The notes: generated by a model not told the origin, from the letters alone. DNA of 64,000 nucleotides from Octopus bimaculoides (GCF_001194135.2 NC_068982.1:59293545-59357544); one strand, 5' to 3'; positions 24,881 through 39,734 are shown, counted from the first letter of the stretch. Numbers and translations: made by a program.

Positions 24881-25583
24881 ATATGATACATATATATACA
24901 CAAGCATAATTATAGTATAAGAAAGATTCATGAAACAATATGACATTGCATAGAGACAGAACAACCCTCATTCAATGGCACTTTGCTGTTTAGCTTTAAT
25001 TTAAAAATCTTAATAGTGAAATACATTTTACTTGTCATTACTACCAACATCACCATTTCTCCCCTCTTTCCTCTTGAAGACTCTATTGATTCTCTGTCAA
25101 TGATTGTAATATCTACAATGACTTGTCATATCTTCTATCTTTTATCTCTTACTTGTTCCAGTCACTTGACTGTGGTCATGCTGGGGCAATGCCTTGAAGG
25201 ATTTTAGTTGAACAAATTGATCCTAGGACTTACATTTTTTTAAAGTCTAGTACTTAGTCTATCGTTCACTTTTGCTGAACTGCAAAGTTATGAGAATGTA
25301 AACACATAAACGCAGGTTGTCAAGTAGTGGTGGTGGGACAAATACAGACATAGACACCATAGATGTGTGTGAGTGTGTGTTTATATATATATATATATAT
25401 ATTTGTTCATATGATGATATCTCCACAATGTGTTGATGAGAAAAGCATGTAATCAATATAGCAAGAGATTTCTCCCCAAAGGTCTAAAGTAGACTCCTTC
25501 AGGATCGATCTCCTACTTGACATAGGAATAAATTTCAATAATAATGGATATCAGCGTCAAAACTCTCTTTTAAATTTTAAATT

Positions 25584-25624
<41 letters not shown>

Positions 25625-26227
25625 TACAAGTGTGCATGCATGCACACACATACACACACACACACACATAAATATATATATAATGGGCTTCTTTCAGTTT
25701 CCATTTACCAAATCCACTCACAAGGCTTTGGTTAGCCCAAGGCTATAATAGAAGATATTTGGCCAAGATGCCACACTGGATAGAAGACCATATGGTTGGG
25801 AAATAAGCTTCTTACCACACAGCCACATCTATGCCTAGTTGAGTAAAATTTGGACCATCCAGTAGAGTACATATATCTTTCTTTTTGAGTTTTGGAAGAG
25901 TGGACTCAAAACACATAGAGCTATAAATAATAGCATGTAAATATTTAAATGCATTATTTATAACTCTATGTGATTCAAGATCCACTGTTCCAAAAAAGAA
26001 AAACAAAACAAAAACAAAATTTCTCTCAAAAGTTTATAAATTCTTATGTTGTCAATATTGGTGCAGGCATGACTGTGTGGTTAAAAAGCTCACTTCTCAA
26101 CTACGTGGTTCTGGGTTCAATTCCACAGTATGACACCTTGGGTAAGAGTCACCTGCAATAGCTTCTGGTTGTCCATGGCCTTGTGAATGTATGTGGTGAA
26201 CAAAAGCTAAAAGGGACCCATAATGTA

Positions 26228-26289
<62 letters not shown>

Positions 26290-26438
26290 TCTCTCTCTCC
26301 CCCTTTCTTTTCTCTCTCTTCCTTTCTCTAATTCGTTTTTCTGCCATTCTCTCCCTTTCCTTTTTTCTCTCTCATCCTTTCTCTAATTCTTTTTCTTCCC
26401 TTTACCGTTTTCTATCTGTCTGTCTGTCTGTCTGTCTG

Positions 26439-26478
<40 letters not shown>

Positions 26479-27044
26479 TCTTCCTCCTTTATTCTCCCTC
26501 ATTGCTCACATGTGACCATTGTCCAGCTTTCTTTTCCTCCCGCGATCATCTTTCTTTTACTTCAGTCTGTCGCACAGACCAGAAGCATTCTTATCTGTCT
26601 CGTACTTTTTTCTTGTCAAAGAATATTTCTCCAGCATTCACTACCTTACCTCATCTGGCTTAATGGCCCGCCATGTGTGTTTTCATTTGGTTTGTTGTAT
26701 GTCTCCACTGTCCTGTTTTTGTTACCTACTTTGGCTCTCTGCAAATCCCAAATTTTATTTTAGTTCACGGGTGCAACTGTTTTACGAAACCTCATATTGT
26801 CGTTAATTGCTCAAAATGTGGGGTAGATGAACAGCCAATAACTGATGAAGGGTCGTTCTTTATGTTAATTGTCTTGTTTTCCATCTGTTTCTCTCATTGT
26901 TCGCATATCCAAGATCGCCTTCATATTTCTAAGTTGTTTTCATATTTCATAATTCATGTTGTTTATGTTTTGTGATGTCCTGTACCCATACATGCATATT
27001 TATATATATATATATACATATATATGTAAGTATGTACATATATG

Positions 27045-27085
<41 letters not shown>

Positions 27086-27356
27086 NNNNNNNNNNNNNNN
27101 NNNNNNNNNNNNNNNNNNNNNNNNNNNNNNNNNNNNNNNNNNNNNNNNNNNNNNNNNNNNNNNNNNNNNNNNNNNTATATATTATTATTATTAAAAGATT
27201 GAATGGCACACATCCATTTCCAAGTAAGTTTATCTATCTATCTATATATATATAGCGAGAGAGAGAGAGAGAGAGAGACATATATATACATAAGCATAAT
27301 AGTTAACAACTATTTCTTTCATATTTTAACCCAAGACCCATCCTTGCACATTCATA

Positions 27357-27407
<51 letters not shown>

Positions 27408-28836
27408 TAAGCATTCATATTCTGGTACTATATTACACACACATTATCTGTGGTATCCTTTTTATCCATGATTAATTATCATCAGCGTTCAACCAAAAGA
27501 ATCTTCAGAAGAATCCCTCCCAAGCAATCAGATGTGATATATGAATTATAGAATAATTGCCATTAACTCCTGAAAATTCAAATTGATGTTGTTGAATAAC
27601 AATAAAATTGATATGAGGTTATGGTGGAAGTTGTAAGGTGAGTCTAAAAAAAATTGGTATACTTAGAAGAAAAGCAGGAAAGAAAGAGAAAACAAGAGTG
27701 TAATTTGACAATAGCAACAACAATAAATATAATAATACTAATTATTAATAACAATGGAATTGTCATGTATTACATGGTTTTGTTTTTGGATAATATGGTA
27801 TTGGGTTACAAAACGACCAAGGAGCAAGAACAAGAAATATATCTTATCAGAGAAATTCATGCAAAGTTTGAAATTTGAGACGTATATGGAATGAAGTAAT
27901 GGCTCACTGCCAACCATTCTTGCTTTTAACATCATATTAAGGCAAATCGATTGATGAATTGATGACTGTTTTGTCAACATTATCATTAAGGAACAGGATA
28001 TTTTGTATGATGTTTTTACCAATTCTGCCATCCTCCATCCACTTTGTACATTTTATTTATTTTTGTTTTTCTATAATTCTGTGTTGCATGCTCCCGTTAT
28101 TCTATTTGTTTAGCCCTAAGTCACATCCAGTTGAGCAGACAGCTGGTTGATCAAAAGCATTCCAGCCATGGCATCATATCTTTTTACCATTTATGCTCAA
28201 GTCATCCTTTGTTTTTGTCTTTTTTATTAAGATAGCACAGTTATAATCAGCGGGAAGTTGGTTTTTATTTCTAGTAGGTTGGCAGAATCCATTGAGACTG
28301 TCTTGTTGGATTAAAAATTTGTTTTGTTGAAAATATCTCTGAACAAGTTTTGTAAGTATGTAAAAATTTACAAATGTAAATATTTTATCATATCCTTGCT
28401 TCATAACTAATGTTTGATGTTATAATCCTAACAAACTATAACTAATTAGAACAGAGTAACATCCTAATATTTATTCTGAATATATTCAAAGTTTATACCA
28501 TATCAATGAATTATAATAAAATTAATAAAAATCAACACTCTCCTGAGTACAAAAAACAGTTCAAACTGAACAGTGACAATGAACAGAGTTATTGATGAGA
28601 GAATGCAAGACACTCTTCACTTATCTTAGGAATTTATCTCGTCATCTGCCAGTCAGATATCATTATGATTTTGACACCTTAAGGCAGGATTACTATTTTC
28701 AGTGGCGTCAAATAGCATTTTAAAAATATAGCTTATGTTTATATTCCAATTTAGATGAATTTATTGCATTGATGAAGCCAAGTTGTAATGTAACACCACT
28801 TTCTTCAGTTCAAATCTAAACAAGTAGTATATATAT

Positions 28837-28956
28837 GCTTCTGGCCATGTCACACTGAATGTACCAGTTCTCATCTGATCACCGAAGTTAAGCAACGTCG
28901 AGCCTAGTGAGTACTTAGATGGGTGACTGCTTGGGAAACCTAGGTACTGTAAGTGT
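28837..28956 (+). pseudogene. 5S rRNA pseudogene
   Basis: gcttctggccatgtcacactgaatgtaccagttctcatctgatcaccgaagttaagcaacgtcgagcctagtgagtacttagatgggtgactgcttgggaaacctaggtactgtaagt is colinear with metazoan 5S; many differences look like CpG decay; no oligo-T terminator directly after. Confidence 0.9.
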
Positions 28957-28969
28957 CTCACACTTTATA

Positions 28970-29133
28970 GGTGCAGGCATGGCTGTGTGGTAAGAAGCTT
29001 GCTTCCCAACCACATGGTTCTGGGCTCAGTCTCACTGTGTGGCACCTTAGGCATATGTCTTCTACTGTAGCCTCAGGCTGACCAAAGCCTTGTGAGTGGA
29101 TTTAGTAGACGAAAACTGAAAGAAGCCCATTGG

Positions 29134-29171
<38 letters not shown>

Positions 29172-29366
29172 ATGTGTGTCTGTCACCCTACCATCGCTTG
29201 GCAACCGATGTTAGTATGTTTATATTCCCGTAACTTAGCGGTTCGGTAAAAGAGACTGATAGAATAAGTACTAGGCTTACAAAGAATAAATCCTGGAGAA
29301 GATTTGTTCGACAAAAGGCAGTGCTCCAGCATGGCTGCAGTCAAATGACTGAAACAAGTAAAAGAA
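28970..29366 (+). mobile_element. SINE family A (full length)
   Basis: Colinear with 9829-10240 and 63105-63549. Confidence 0.9.
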
Positions 29367-31122
29367 TATTGTTTATTAAGTTTAACAAATCACTTGGCCC
29401 TTGTGTGCCTTTAATGATTTTATTGCACTCATTCATGTCAAGTCTATGTTTTGAAGGTAATTTCTTTCAACAATGACTACAAAGGCTGTCAGTAATACTA
29501 TTTACGAAAGGGTTCATCACCGTCATCATTATCATTTCCAAACTAGCATGAGTTAGGTGAGTTGTCATAATCCAAGTAATTTCTTTTGGGAGCAATTGCT
29601 CTTATATACTAATGGTTGTATCTATCATTTTGGCTTGGTTTCTATCACTGGAAACCTTTTCTATTACCAATCACTTCACAGATTAGCATACAGGGTACAT
29701 TTTATTATTTTTCATAGCATCAGCAACAAAGAGAGTGATAATTTCTCAGAGATACAAGACTAAAAGGAACCACTCGACTTTATGCTTCTTTAGCCATCTG
29801 CTTTACAGGCCAAATTAAAGAAAACTCAATTGTATGTTATAAATGGTAGATATAGTTATACATATCAGCATGTTACAGTGAGTTGTCTAATATTCATTAT
29901 CATTGCAATGATCATTTATTATCCACTTATCCATACTTGCATGAGTCAGGCAGAATTTTGTAGAAGCAAATTTTCTACAGCTGGATACCTTTCCTGTCAC
30001 CAACCATTACCTGTTTTCATATGAGATATTATTTCTTCATGATCAGATGTGCTTTTCGCAGAAAGCCAGAAATGAACAACATTATTTTTATGAGATTGAT
30101 GCATATTTGGATCAATTAAGTGATACTAAGAAAAGGGTACACACACACATGAACACACACACACACATATACAATGAGCTTCTACCAGTTTCTGTCTACC
30201 AACTTCACTCACAAGGCTTTGATTGGCTCAAGGAAATAATAGAAGACAATTGCCCAAGATGCAATATTGTAAGATGGAACATGAGACCACATGATTGGGA
30301 AGCAATCTTCTTAATCACACAACAATATAGCCGTACATATAGCCATACCTGTGTCTGTGAAAATAGTATTTAGCACGAAATGAATTTTGAGATACTTCTG
30401 TTTTATTTTATATCTTTTAGTCAGAAGATAAGGCAGTAGCCATGACCCTTTATAACAACTCTACGACTGGTGAAGAGGGAGGTGGTGACAGGTATCCTCA
30501 AACTATAGAGCTAAAGTGATTGCTTGTGGCAGAGTGATCTTACTAACAGTACCCAAAGTAGCAGATGCTGGTTTTTAGCTGAATAAATAATTGAATCTAC
30601 CATTGTCGTAAACTACGGTGAGATTTGAACTCAGGATACAAAGTTCTATATCAAATACCACAAGGTATCCAGCAGGACGTTCTTTCAGTTCTGCCAACTC
30701 CCTGTCATGGATTAGTATTTATTTTTATCTCCAAAAGGCTATAAAGCAAATTTAACTTTGGTAAGAACTGAACTCAAACACTGAGACTTAGAACGAATGT
30801 TATGAGTCACTCTATACAACAATCTAACAGCCCTACTAATTTGCTATCTATTGATGACACTGTAATAATTTTTGTAAATTATAAGGTGATACAGGTAGGG
30901 GTTTATGCAAAGGGTCATAGATGTTAACTATTCCTCGTCTCACTAGACCACTAATTACTCTGTTACCAAATTTTTGCTGAAATAAACTAGATTTGTATCA
31001 TTTAATTTTGAAAATAAAGAATTTAGTAGAATAACCTTGTGGTTAATAAGTTGGCGTTTGGGACATAAATTAAGAGAAATTTTATCTGAAGGTTTTAATG
31101 TAAATCTCTTTAAATCTCTTTA

Positions 31123-31283
31123 GGCGCAGGAGTGGCTGTGTGGTAAGTAGCTTGCTTACCAACCACATGGTTCCGGGTTCATTCCCACTGCGTGGCATCT
31201 TGGGCAAGTGTCTTCTACTATAGTCCTCGGGCCAACCAAAGCCTTGTGAGTGGATTTGGTAGACGGAAACTGAAAGAAGCCTG

Positions 31284-31359
<76 letters not shown>

Positions 31360-31395
31360 ATGTGTGTGTATATGTTTGGGTGTCTGTGTTTGACC
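31123..31395 (+). mobile_element. SINE family A, 5' half ending in expanded (AT)n/(GT)n
   Basis: ggcgcaggagtggctgtgtggtaagtagcttgcttaccaacc...; 3' half absent. Confidence 0.85.
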
Positions 31396-32429
31396 AGAAG
31401 CAAGTTGGGATGGTACCTCTTACAAGTCAGGAGAGCTCAATATACTATATTTTCCATTCCAGCTTACAAGTTGAATTTTTTAGACCATAATTTACAGCCA
31501 AAAAAAAGGTAGGTTGACTATACATCAAGATGACTTTAGAGAACCAAGAATTCTATGTGAAACGAAGCATAGTTTGGATAAATAGTAATGATGTTTGAAT
31601 GTTTACACTACATGTCTACATGCTATGCTACACTGACGTGTATGCCAGACAATACAGTACTCAATGGCTGTTTTGTATTATAGAGCAGGATTAGGAATTC
31701 AATCTCATCTCTCTAAAAATAAAAATTTTTAAACAAAAATAATAAAACAAAGCCAGATACTTAAAACTGGACATTGTACTCTAGTCTCTAGAAATATCAA
31801 CTGTAAAGTTTCCTTTGTTTAATTTATTTTTTATTTATGGAAAACTCAATGAATATTTGCCAAATTATCATGGGACACATGTTTATTTCTCATTTTTTTC
31901 ATTCTTTTGCTTTGCATTAATATAATAATAATAATAATCATTATTATTATTATTATTATTATTATTTTGATCAGAAATAAAAGCAAAAAAAAAACAAACC
32001 CAGATATATATATATTAACACAAGAGACAGACATAGTTCCAAAATGCTGCCACCAGCCATTTTTATCAAGTTAGCACGTAACCGTAGTAACAAGCTTCTT
32101 TTCTTTCTTGCCTGAAAAACAAACCACACATGCACATACATATGTGTGCATACATGCACACACATACACACATGTCCCAACTTCACCTCCATATCAAAGT
32201 GTCGCTAAATTATAAATGCTTACTCCCACCCCACCTCACCATCTCCTATGAGTAGGTGTATTAACAAATAAATGCAAAACCTGCTTCACAAGCCATTTTG
32301 AGTTATTCAATAAAGTTCAGACTAATGTTCGGGAAAGTCTACAGATATTTTTCAATATCGGTCAGATAAAGCAGATTGCAAACTGATTGCTGATTCTATC
32401 TTTAGACTTGAGTTTTTCCATTTTCCTCA

Positions 32430-32495
32430 TTTTTTTTTTGTTGTTGCTGTCATTATTGTTATTATTATTATCATTATTATTATTTTTATTATTAC

Positions 32496-32528
<33 letters not shown>

Positions 32529-32880
32529 CATTATTATAATTTTTATTATTATTTTTATTATTATTACCATTATTATTATTATTTTTATTATTATTATTAT
32601 TATTATTACTACTACTACCATTATTATTATTATTATTACCATTATTATTATTATTATCATTATTATTATTACCATTATTATTTTTATCATTATTATTGTT
32701 ATTATTATTATTACTACCATTATTCTTATTATTCTTATTATTACCATTATTATTATTATTATTATCATTATTATTATCATTATTATTACCATTATTATTA
32801 TTATCATCATTATTATTATTATCATCATTATTATTATTATTATTACCATTATTATTGTTGTTGTTGTTGTTATTATTTTG
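32430..32880. repeat. Interrupted (ATT)n microsatellite
   Basis: Direct reading; ACC/ATC/TTT interruptions. Confidence 0.9.
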
Positions 32881-33333
32881 TTTTTGTAGGGAGTGTTCTC
32901 ATTTTTATTTTATACCTTGGAACTAAATTTTGTTATGCTGATGAAGCTCATAATGGAAGACACAGTAAGCTATCTACATAGTTATTCATATTTCATTTAT
33001 TGGTAACAGTTTTACAATTGTTAATTCTTATTCATATTTGCTTATTTATTTATCATTATTATTATTATTATTATTATTATTCCATTCTATGTAAATCCAA
33101 CACTCTATGTCTGTCTTTGCATTGTCTCCCTCATCCATCAGCCCTCATGGCAAATAAAAGAAATTATTATTATTATTATTATTATTAGTAGTAGTAGTAG
33201 TAGTAGTAGTAGTAGCAGTGCTATTATAGATATAACCAAATATTGAGATTGTTTTTTTTTTCCCGTCTGATACTCTAACAGTTCTGCTGGCCACCATTTT
33301 GTGTGTGTATGTGTATGTGTATGTATGTATGTA

Positions 33334-33373
<40 letters not shown>

Positions 33374-33503
33374 CATGCGTGCGTGCATCCATTTCTATTC
33401 TTTTCTATGTTTTGAGTAATCAATCAACCATGAAGGTTTTAAAAACAAAATCAACCATGGCAGGATGTGAACTCAAAATGTAGGGTGAAAAATAATAACA
33501 ATG

Positions 33504-33536
<33 letters not shown>

Positions 33537-33557
33537 TTAATAATAATAATAATAATG

Positions 33558-33767
33558 ATTTAAAATTTTGGCCCAAAGCCAGCGATTTTGGGGAGAGAAT
33601 AAGTCGATTACGTCAACCCCAGTACTCAAATCGTACTTATTTTATGGACCTCAAAAGGATGAAAGGCAAAGTTCACGATGGCGGATTTTAAACTCAGAGT
33701 ATAAAGACGGATGAAATGTCAATAAGCATTTTGCCAGGCATGCAAACGATTCTGCTGGCCCACCACC

Positions 33768-33769
<2 letters not shown>
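33558..33769 (-). mobile_element. SINE family C flanked by (AAT)n
   Basis: Reverse-complement match to the 13738 family. Confidence 0.75.
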
Positions 33770-33808
<39 letters not shown>

Positions 33809-34084
33809 CATAATAATAATGTTATCATATACATTGTTTTGTCTTGGTATAAAAAGATGGGCTACAGCAAATATTCTGCTCAATACCACAAATTTGCTTG
33901 TCAGTTGTTTGACCTTAACCAGTTGAGCAAGTCCCTTAGTGGCAGAAGTAGTGAGGGAACATCATAACCATATGTTGAGTAGAATTCTTTAGAGTTTGAA
34001 TAATTCACCTCTAGCAACATGGGTGTTTCATTCAACATCCTTAAACAACCCTTATTCAAGGACCATTTGAGTGGGATGGACTAC

Positions 34085-34306
34085 TCGACCTGAAGAAAAT
34101 TCCCGGTTTCAATGGTGTATGTGTTCCCCAGCTGGACGGGACGCCAGTCCATAGCATCATTACTCATTTTTGTCATCTGAGTGGACTGGAGCAACTTGAA
34201 ATGAAGTGTTTTGCTCAAGAACACAACGTGTCGCCCGATCCAGGAATCGAAACTGCAATTTACGATCATGATGCTGACACCCTAACAACTAAGCCACGCG
34301 CCTCCA
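34085..34306 (-). mobile_element. CORE-like tRNA SINE
   Basis: Minus: ggaggcgcgtggcttagttgttagg...gtttcgattcc...gtgttcttgagcaaaacacttcatttcaagttgctccagtccactcag. Confidence 0.75.
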
Positions 34307-34329
34307 CATTGTTGTTATTATTATTATTA

Positions 34330-34428
<99 letters not shown>

Positions 34429-34529
34429 ATGAGGATAGATTTTGCAATTCTGTATGATAGCAGGGTTGATACCAAAGAAATTGAAAAAAATTCGAGAGAT
34501 ATCAGGATTTAGTCAGAGAGCTGAGGAAA

Positions 34530-35470
34530 CTGTAGAAGACCAAGACAACAATTACAGTCATATCTTGCATTCAAACAACATGTCTTGCCCATCTGCTCTG
34601 AATTCTCAGCAGCATACTTTCAATACTGGAGATATCACATTTTACTAAAATTTTGACATTTGATATCTTATCTTGCCATTTTCTGTTGCAGATATTGCAC
34701 AGACAGTGCATGTGAAAAGTTTCAAGTTTCTTTAAATATCTGCAGTAGAGCGTCCCTACTTCTGCTCCATAGAAAAGCATGCTCCAAATACAAGATTTGT
34801 ATACACTTACCTTAGTTTTCAAACTAACACTGCATTCACCCCACAAACATTAGGAAAGGTTTTCCCATAGCACTTGTAGCTTAGATATTCTAACATTTAT
34901 TTCATCATCTGGAGTACTCTTAAAGTTTACCATACTTCCAAGGTATTTAAATGACCTGGCCTGTTTGATTGGCTTATTGTCATTCACCACTTTGTATCTT
35001 GAATATGTTCTGTCCCATGCTTTTGTTGGAATAAAGCTTCAGTCTTCTTAATGCTGATAGCCCAAATGCATGAGCTGCCACAGCAAACCTGTCGATTATT
35101 TCCTGAATTCCTTCAAATGTATGAGAAATCACAGCATAATCACCAGCAAACAGAAAATCATGTAGAATCTCTTCCCTTGTCTTTTTCTTTGATCTGAAAG
35201 TTTGCCCATTTAGGTTTAGTAAACCTCTGTCTGTGAGTAAGTGAAATTTTACACCTTCGTGGTAGTCCTTAAACACATGTTGGAGCATCATTGAAAAGAA
35301 TATGACGAAATGTACAGAAGCTAAAAATAGCCCTGTTTAGTTCCAGTGGAAACAGTAAATTCCTCCAAACATTGACTGTTGGATATCACTGTTGCCATCA
35401 TTTCTTTGAGCAAAGATACTATGACCCTTATTTCATCAACTTTTGACAAGAACTCGAGGGTCAACCTGAA
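34530..35470 (-). mobile_element. RTE-clade (BovB-like) LINE reverse-transcriptase fragment, decayed
   Basis: EEFTVSTGTKQG; HDFLFAGDYAVISHT (FADD to FAGD); LKTKVSVYKSCIWSMLFYGAE...ISSIESMLLRIQSRWARHV match RTE RT and C-terminal motifs; frameshifts and stops. Confidence 0.9.
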
Positions 35471-35479
35471 GAATGAGCA

Positions 35480-36150
35480 AGTGTTTCTGCTGTGCCACAT
35501 CTGCAATAGAGTGGATAAAACCATTGCTCATATCACGAATGAATGCCCTTAGATTTGCCCCAAACCACTACAAGTTGTGGTGACATGACCAGTTAGTAAA
35601 AGTGCTACATTGGAAACTGTGTGAAAAGTGGAAGCTATAAAGAGGCAACATATGGTATGAGCACAAACCACAGAGAGTGACAGAGTTGAAGACTAGCAAA
35701 TCCTCTGGGATTTTTCAATCCAACCAGATCAGATGCTAGAGCATAACAGACCGGACCTAGTTGTGGTGGACATGATGCATCATATATGCTATATAGTTGA
35801 TGTTGCATGCCCCTTTGACCTATGGATAGTCAAAAGGAAGGTGAAAAGATAGATACAACTCTCTTAAGCACAAAATAGCCCGGCTATGGAATATGAAGAT
35901 GAAGAAAGTGCCAATTATTGTTGAGTCCATGAGAACAGTATCAGAAGGCATCAAGAGGAATATAAAGGAAATTGGAATAGAGTGTCCAGTAGAACTGTTA
36001 CAAAAGGCTTGCCTCCTTGGCACGGTCAGAATAATAAGGAAAGTATTAGATAGCTGAAAAGAACAAATAGCATGGTATCGTAGGCTGCAGGTAGTAAGCC
36101 CACTATGCATGCAAGACTCCAGTGATAAAGAGAAATAATAATAATAATAA
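35480..36150 (+). mobile_element. R4/Dong-like LINE 3' fragment (CCHC knuckle plus restriction-like endonuclease) with (TAA)n tail
   Basis: LCHICNRVDKTIAHITNEC...LHWKLCEKW...WYEHKP...MLEHNRPDLVVVD...VDVACPFD...LLQKACLLGTVRIIRKVLDS*, then gaaataataataataa. Confidence 0.9.
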
Positions 36151-38198
36151 GCATCAATACTCTAGCTGTCCCAGTTATAAGTTATAGTTACAATATTCTT
36201 AACTGGACACTAAATAAACTAACCAAATTAGACAGAAAAATAAGAATAATAATGACAGAATTCAGAATATACCACACAAAATCTCATTAAGAAAGGTTGT
36301 ATATACAATGAATTGAAAGTAGTAGAGAGGGGATTAATCAATACAAATCGACTCAATTATCCTCAGAACTTGACTGGTATTTTATTCTATGCACCTCAGA
36401 GTGATGAAAGTGAAAGTTAACAAACACAGAATGCAATGAACTGGATAACTTAGATGTAGGGAAATAAGGAGTAAATAAACAAAATATTCCTTTCATTCTG
36501 GCTTTTTGCATTATCAACTTTTATCCATTTCATCAGAGAAAAAAAAGTCAGTTCCCATGATCCTTGATAATTGATTTTTAGGGTTTCTCAGATGCAAAGG
36601 ATGAAAAAGGAAGTTTTTCTCAAATGCTTTCAATAGAATAAACTTTGTTACTAGTACTCATGTCCCAGATAGTGCTGTTAGACTGGTTAATGGATATATA
36701 AATCTACCATCTAAGAAGACAAAATTTCGAAAGTCAGTACAAATATACCACATGCTGTTTTGTCTGGTGCTCTGAGAATTCTACTAATGCATTGCACTCG
36801 ACTACTACTTTATCAAACCCAGAATAACGAAAGACCAAATAGAGCTTCACAGAATAAATACCACAAGGCAATAATTTTGCCAATTTGCTTCTAGATCTCT
36901 GTATGAATTGAATATTATTTCTCACCTAACTCACTGTCTTCTCTTACTCATCCACAAATTTACTGTCAACAGCAATATCTAAAGATGTCTGGGGTCCCGG
37001 TTTTAAATATTTATACTCTTACTTTCACTGTGAAGTAAATTAAACCTGATCAGGACACATCATACATATATCTCAAATGCACCTCCCCCATCAGTTCCTC
37101 TTTGCAGAGTTGGCCTCAGGCACCAGACTGTGTGGATCCCTCAAATTCCATTTCTGAGACTAGCACAAGGCCATTTTATTCTGTTGCCCCATTAACCCAA
37201 ATACCTGGGAGACAATCACCAATGACCACTCTAAGGGAATGGCCCAGATGGAAAATAACAGACATCAAGAGGCAGTTATCAGACTTTGAAGATGCAAAGA
37301 ATGACTGGCACTTCCTCGTCCCCTGCCAAACTTCCTCTATAATAAATGCCCTTGACTCTTCTAAACCACCTTTGGCCTGAACAGCCACCCCAAGCACTGG
37401 CACCCTTTGCAACCCATCAAGATGAAATGGCTCAATCACTTGCTATAGATTAACTACTCAGATATGAATTAATAATGCCGACAATGCAATTAAATCTGGA
37501 TTAAATGTCCAAGAAAATGCTTTGAGTATCTGATAAAGGAGTATGTGGTATTTACTCTCACCCTGGATGAAATGTTCTCGTAGCTCTCTTTTGGTCTGCT
37601 ATATGTAAGCTTGATTGAAAGCATTCACTAAGAACACAAAGAACTAACTTAACACATGCTTGCATATGCATCACACACACACACACACACACACTTGTAA
37701 ACATACATGTTTATGTATGCATGCAAGTCCTACCTAACTCACTGTCACTTGTTCACTTACTCATCCGCAACTTTACTGTCATCAGTAATATCTAAAGAAA
37801 TTCCTCTAAAAGCAGCTGGCTACATTATGAGAAAAGTTTGTATATACATATATGCTTGTGTATGCTTATACATACATATATACATACATACATACATACA
37901 TACATACACAAATGCAAATATGTATGCATATCTTATACAAGCACTCACAAACATTAATATATATATATATATATGTACGCACCAAGTGCCTGCTGAGTTT
38001 TCTTTCTTCTGTAGAACCTGTGAAGTCAAGTTCTGAGTATTATGATTGTGGGTGATGAATAAATACTTTTTGGAGCAATAGCTATTTGATCTGATAATGA
38101 AGTTTACCACTTGAGCCATGCCATGGCAGGGCACTACAGAGTGTCCTGTCTCAAAATGAAAAGATTAAAGGGATGAGTACCAGACAAACATATATGTA

Positions 38199-38231
<33 letters not shown>

Positions 38232-38359
38232 TCATATATATATATATGCATTCATATATACTCATACATACAATAATGCAAGCAAGGACGGAATCATCTG
38301 CTCATACCCAAACATATCACATCTCAGCATTTCATATGCATGAGATGAAGGTAATTGTG

Positions 38360-38421
<62 letters not shown>

Positions 38422-38495
38422 TGTATGCATGTTCATATGTAAGTAGGTGTGTGTAATATATATATATACACATACGAACATAAAATCTCATTCAC

Positions 38496-38541
<46 letters not shown>

Positions 38542-39664
38542 GCTCACTGCATGCTAAGGGCTTAAGCACAATTTACCCACATTGAAATATATTCAGCTAT
38601 TGTACATCTCTATCTCCCTATGAATATCGACATGCAAATAATATATCTACATACATATACATATATAAATATATATATATGTGAATGTGTGTGTGCATGC
38701 GCATGTGTGTAAAAACATGAATAAATGTGAATATACTTACATATATACATACAAATATACGTACAGAGATCTATAGATACAGATATAAATAAGTACAATA
38801 TGCAAATAAATACAAAAAATAAATAATAATAATAAATACATAGAAATTATCAAAAGACCTAAAAAGAAGATTGTGAAACAGAGAGAGGAAGAGAGAGCGG
38901 GAGAAAGAAAAAGTGAGAGAGAGAGAGAGAGAGAGGAGAAAGACTAAGAAAAGTAGTGAGAGGGACAGAGCAAAAGAGAGAGAGAGAGTGAGATAGAGAC
39001 AGGGAGAGACAAAGAGTGAAAGAGTGAAAGAAAGAAAGAAAGAGGGGGAGGGCACAAGAATAAGGAGAAAGATATATGTAGATGAAAGAGAAGTTCAAAG
39101 AAAAGTAATTAGTTCAGAGGCATTCACGAAGAGTGACTGATTTCTTTCAGTTGATTTTCATGTCTTTTCTTTTGTTTGCATGTCTGTTATAGTTTGGTTT
39201 GGATGTTTTTGTATGTGGTGTAGGTTTGTGTTTGCATCTTCCCTTTCTCCTTCTATTCTTTCTTCCTTGCTTTTGCTTTTTGTTATTGTTGTTGTTGTTA
39301 TATTGTATATGTATATGTATGTATGTGTGTGTTTTTTAAAAATTATCTTCTTTTTTTGTTTCTTTTATTATCTGTCATGTCTAATTTTTTTGTAACTCAC
39401 ATTATGAGATTCTTCCACTATTCTACAAAGATGAAGATAGAAATTAAGATATACATACATAAATATATATATACATACATGTGTGTGTGTGTGCGTACGC
39501 GAGTGTGTGTGTGTGCGTGTGTGTATAAATACACATATACACACTTACATAAAGGTGCATATGTGTGTATCGGCATATAAACACATCTATAAACAAGTAT
39601 ATATTTATAATAGATATTCATGTATTTTTGCGTCTATGCAGATTCACACATCAGTGTATGAGTG

Positions 39665-39734
<70 letters not shown>

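Noticed and set aside
37102-37439. GC-richer ORFs on both strands, with a PKYLG word suggestive of RT
   Set aside because: No further RT motifs in frame and no recognisable protein; probably an old repeat but not supportable
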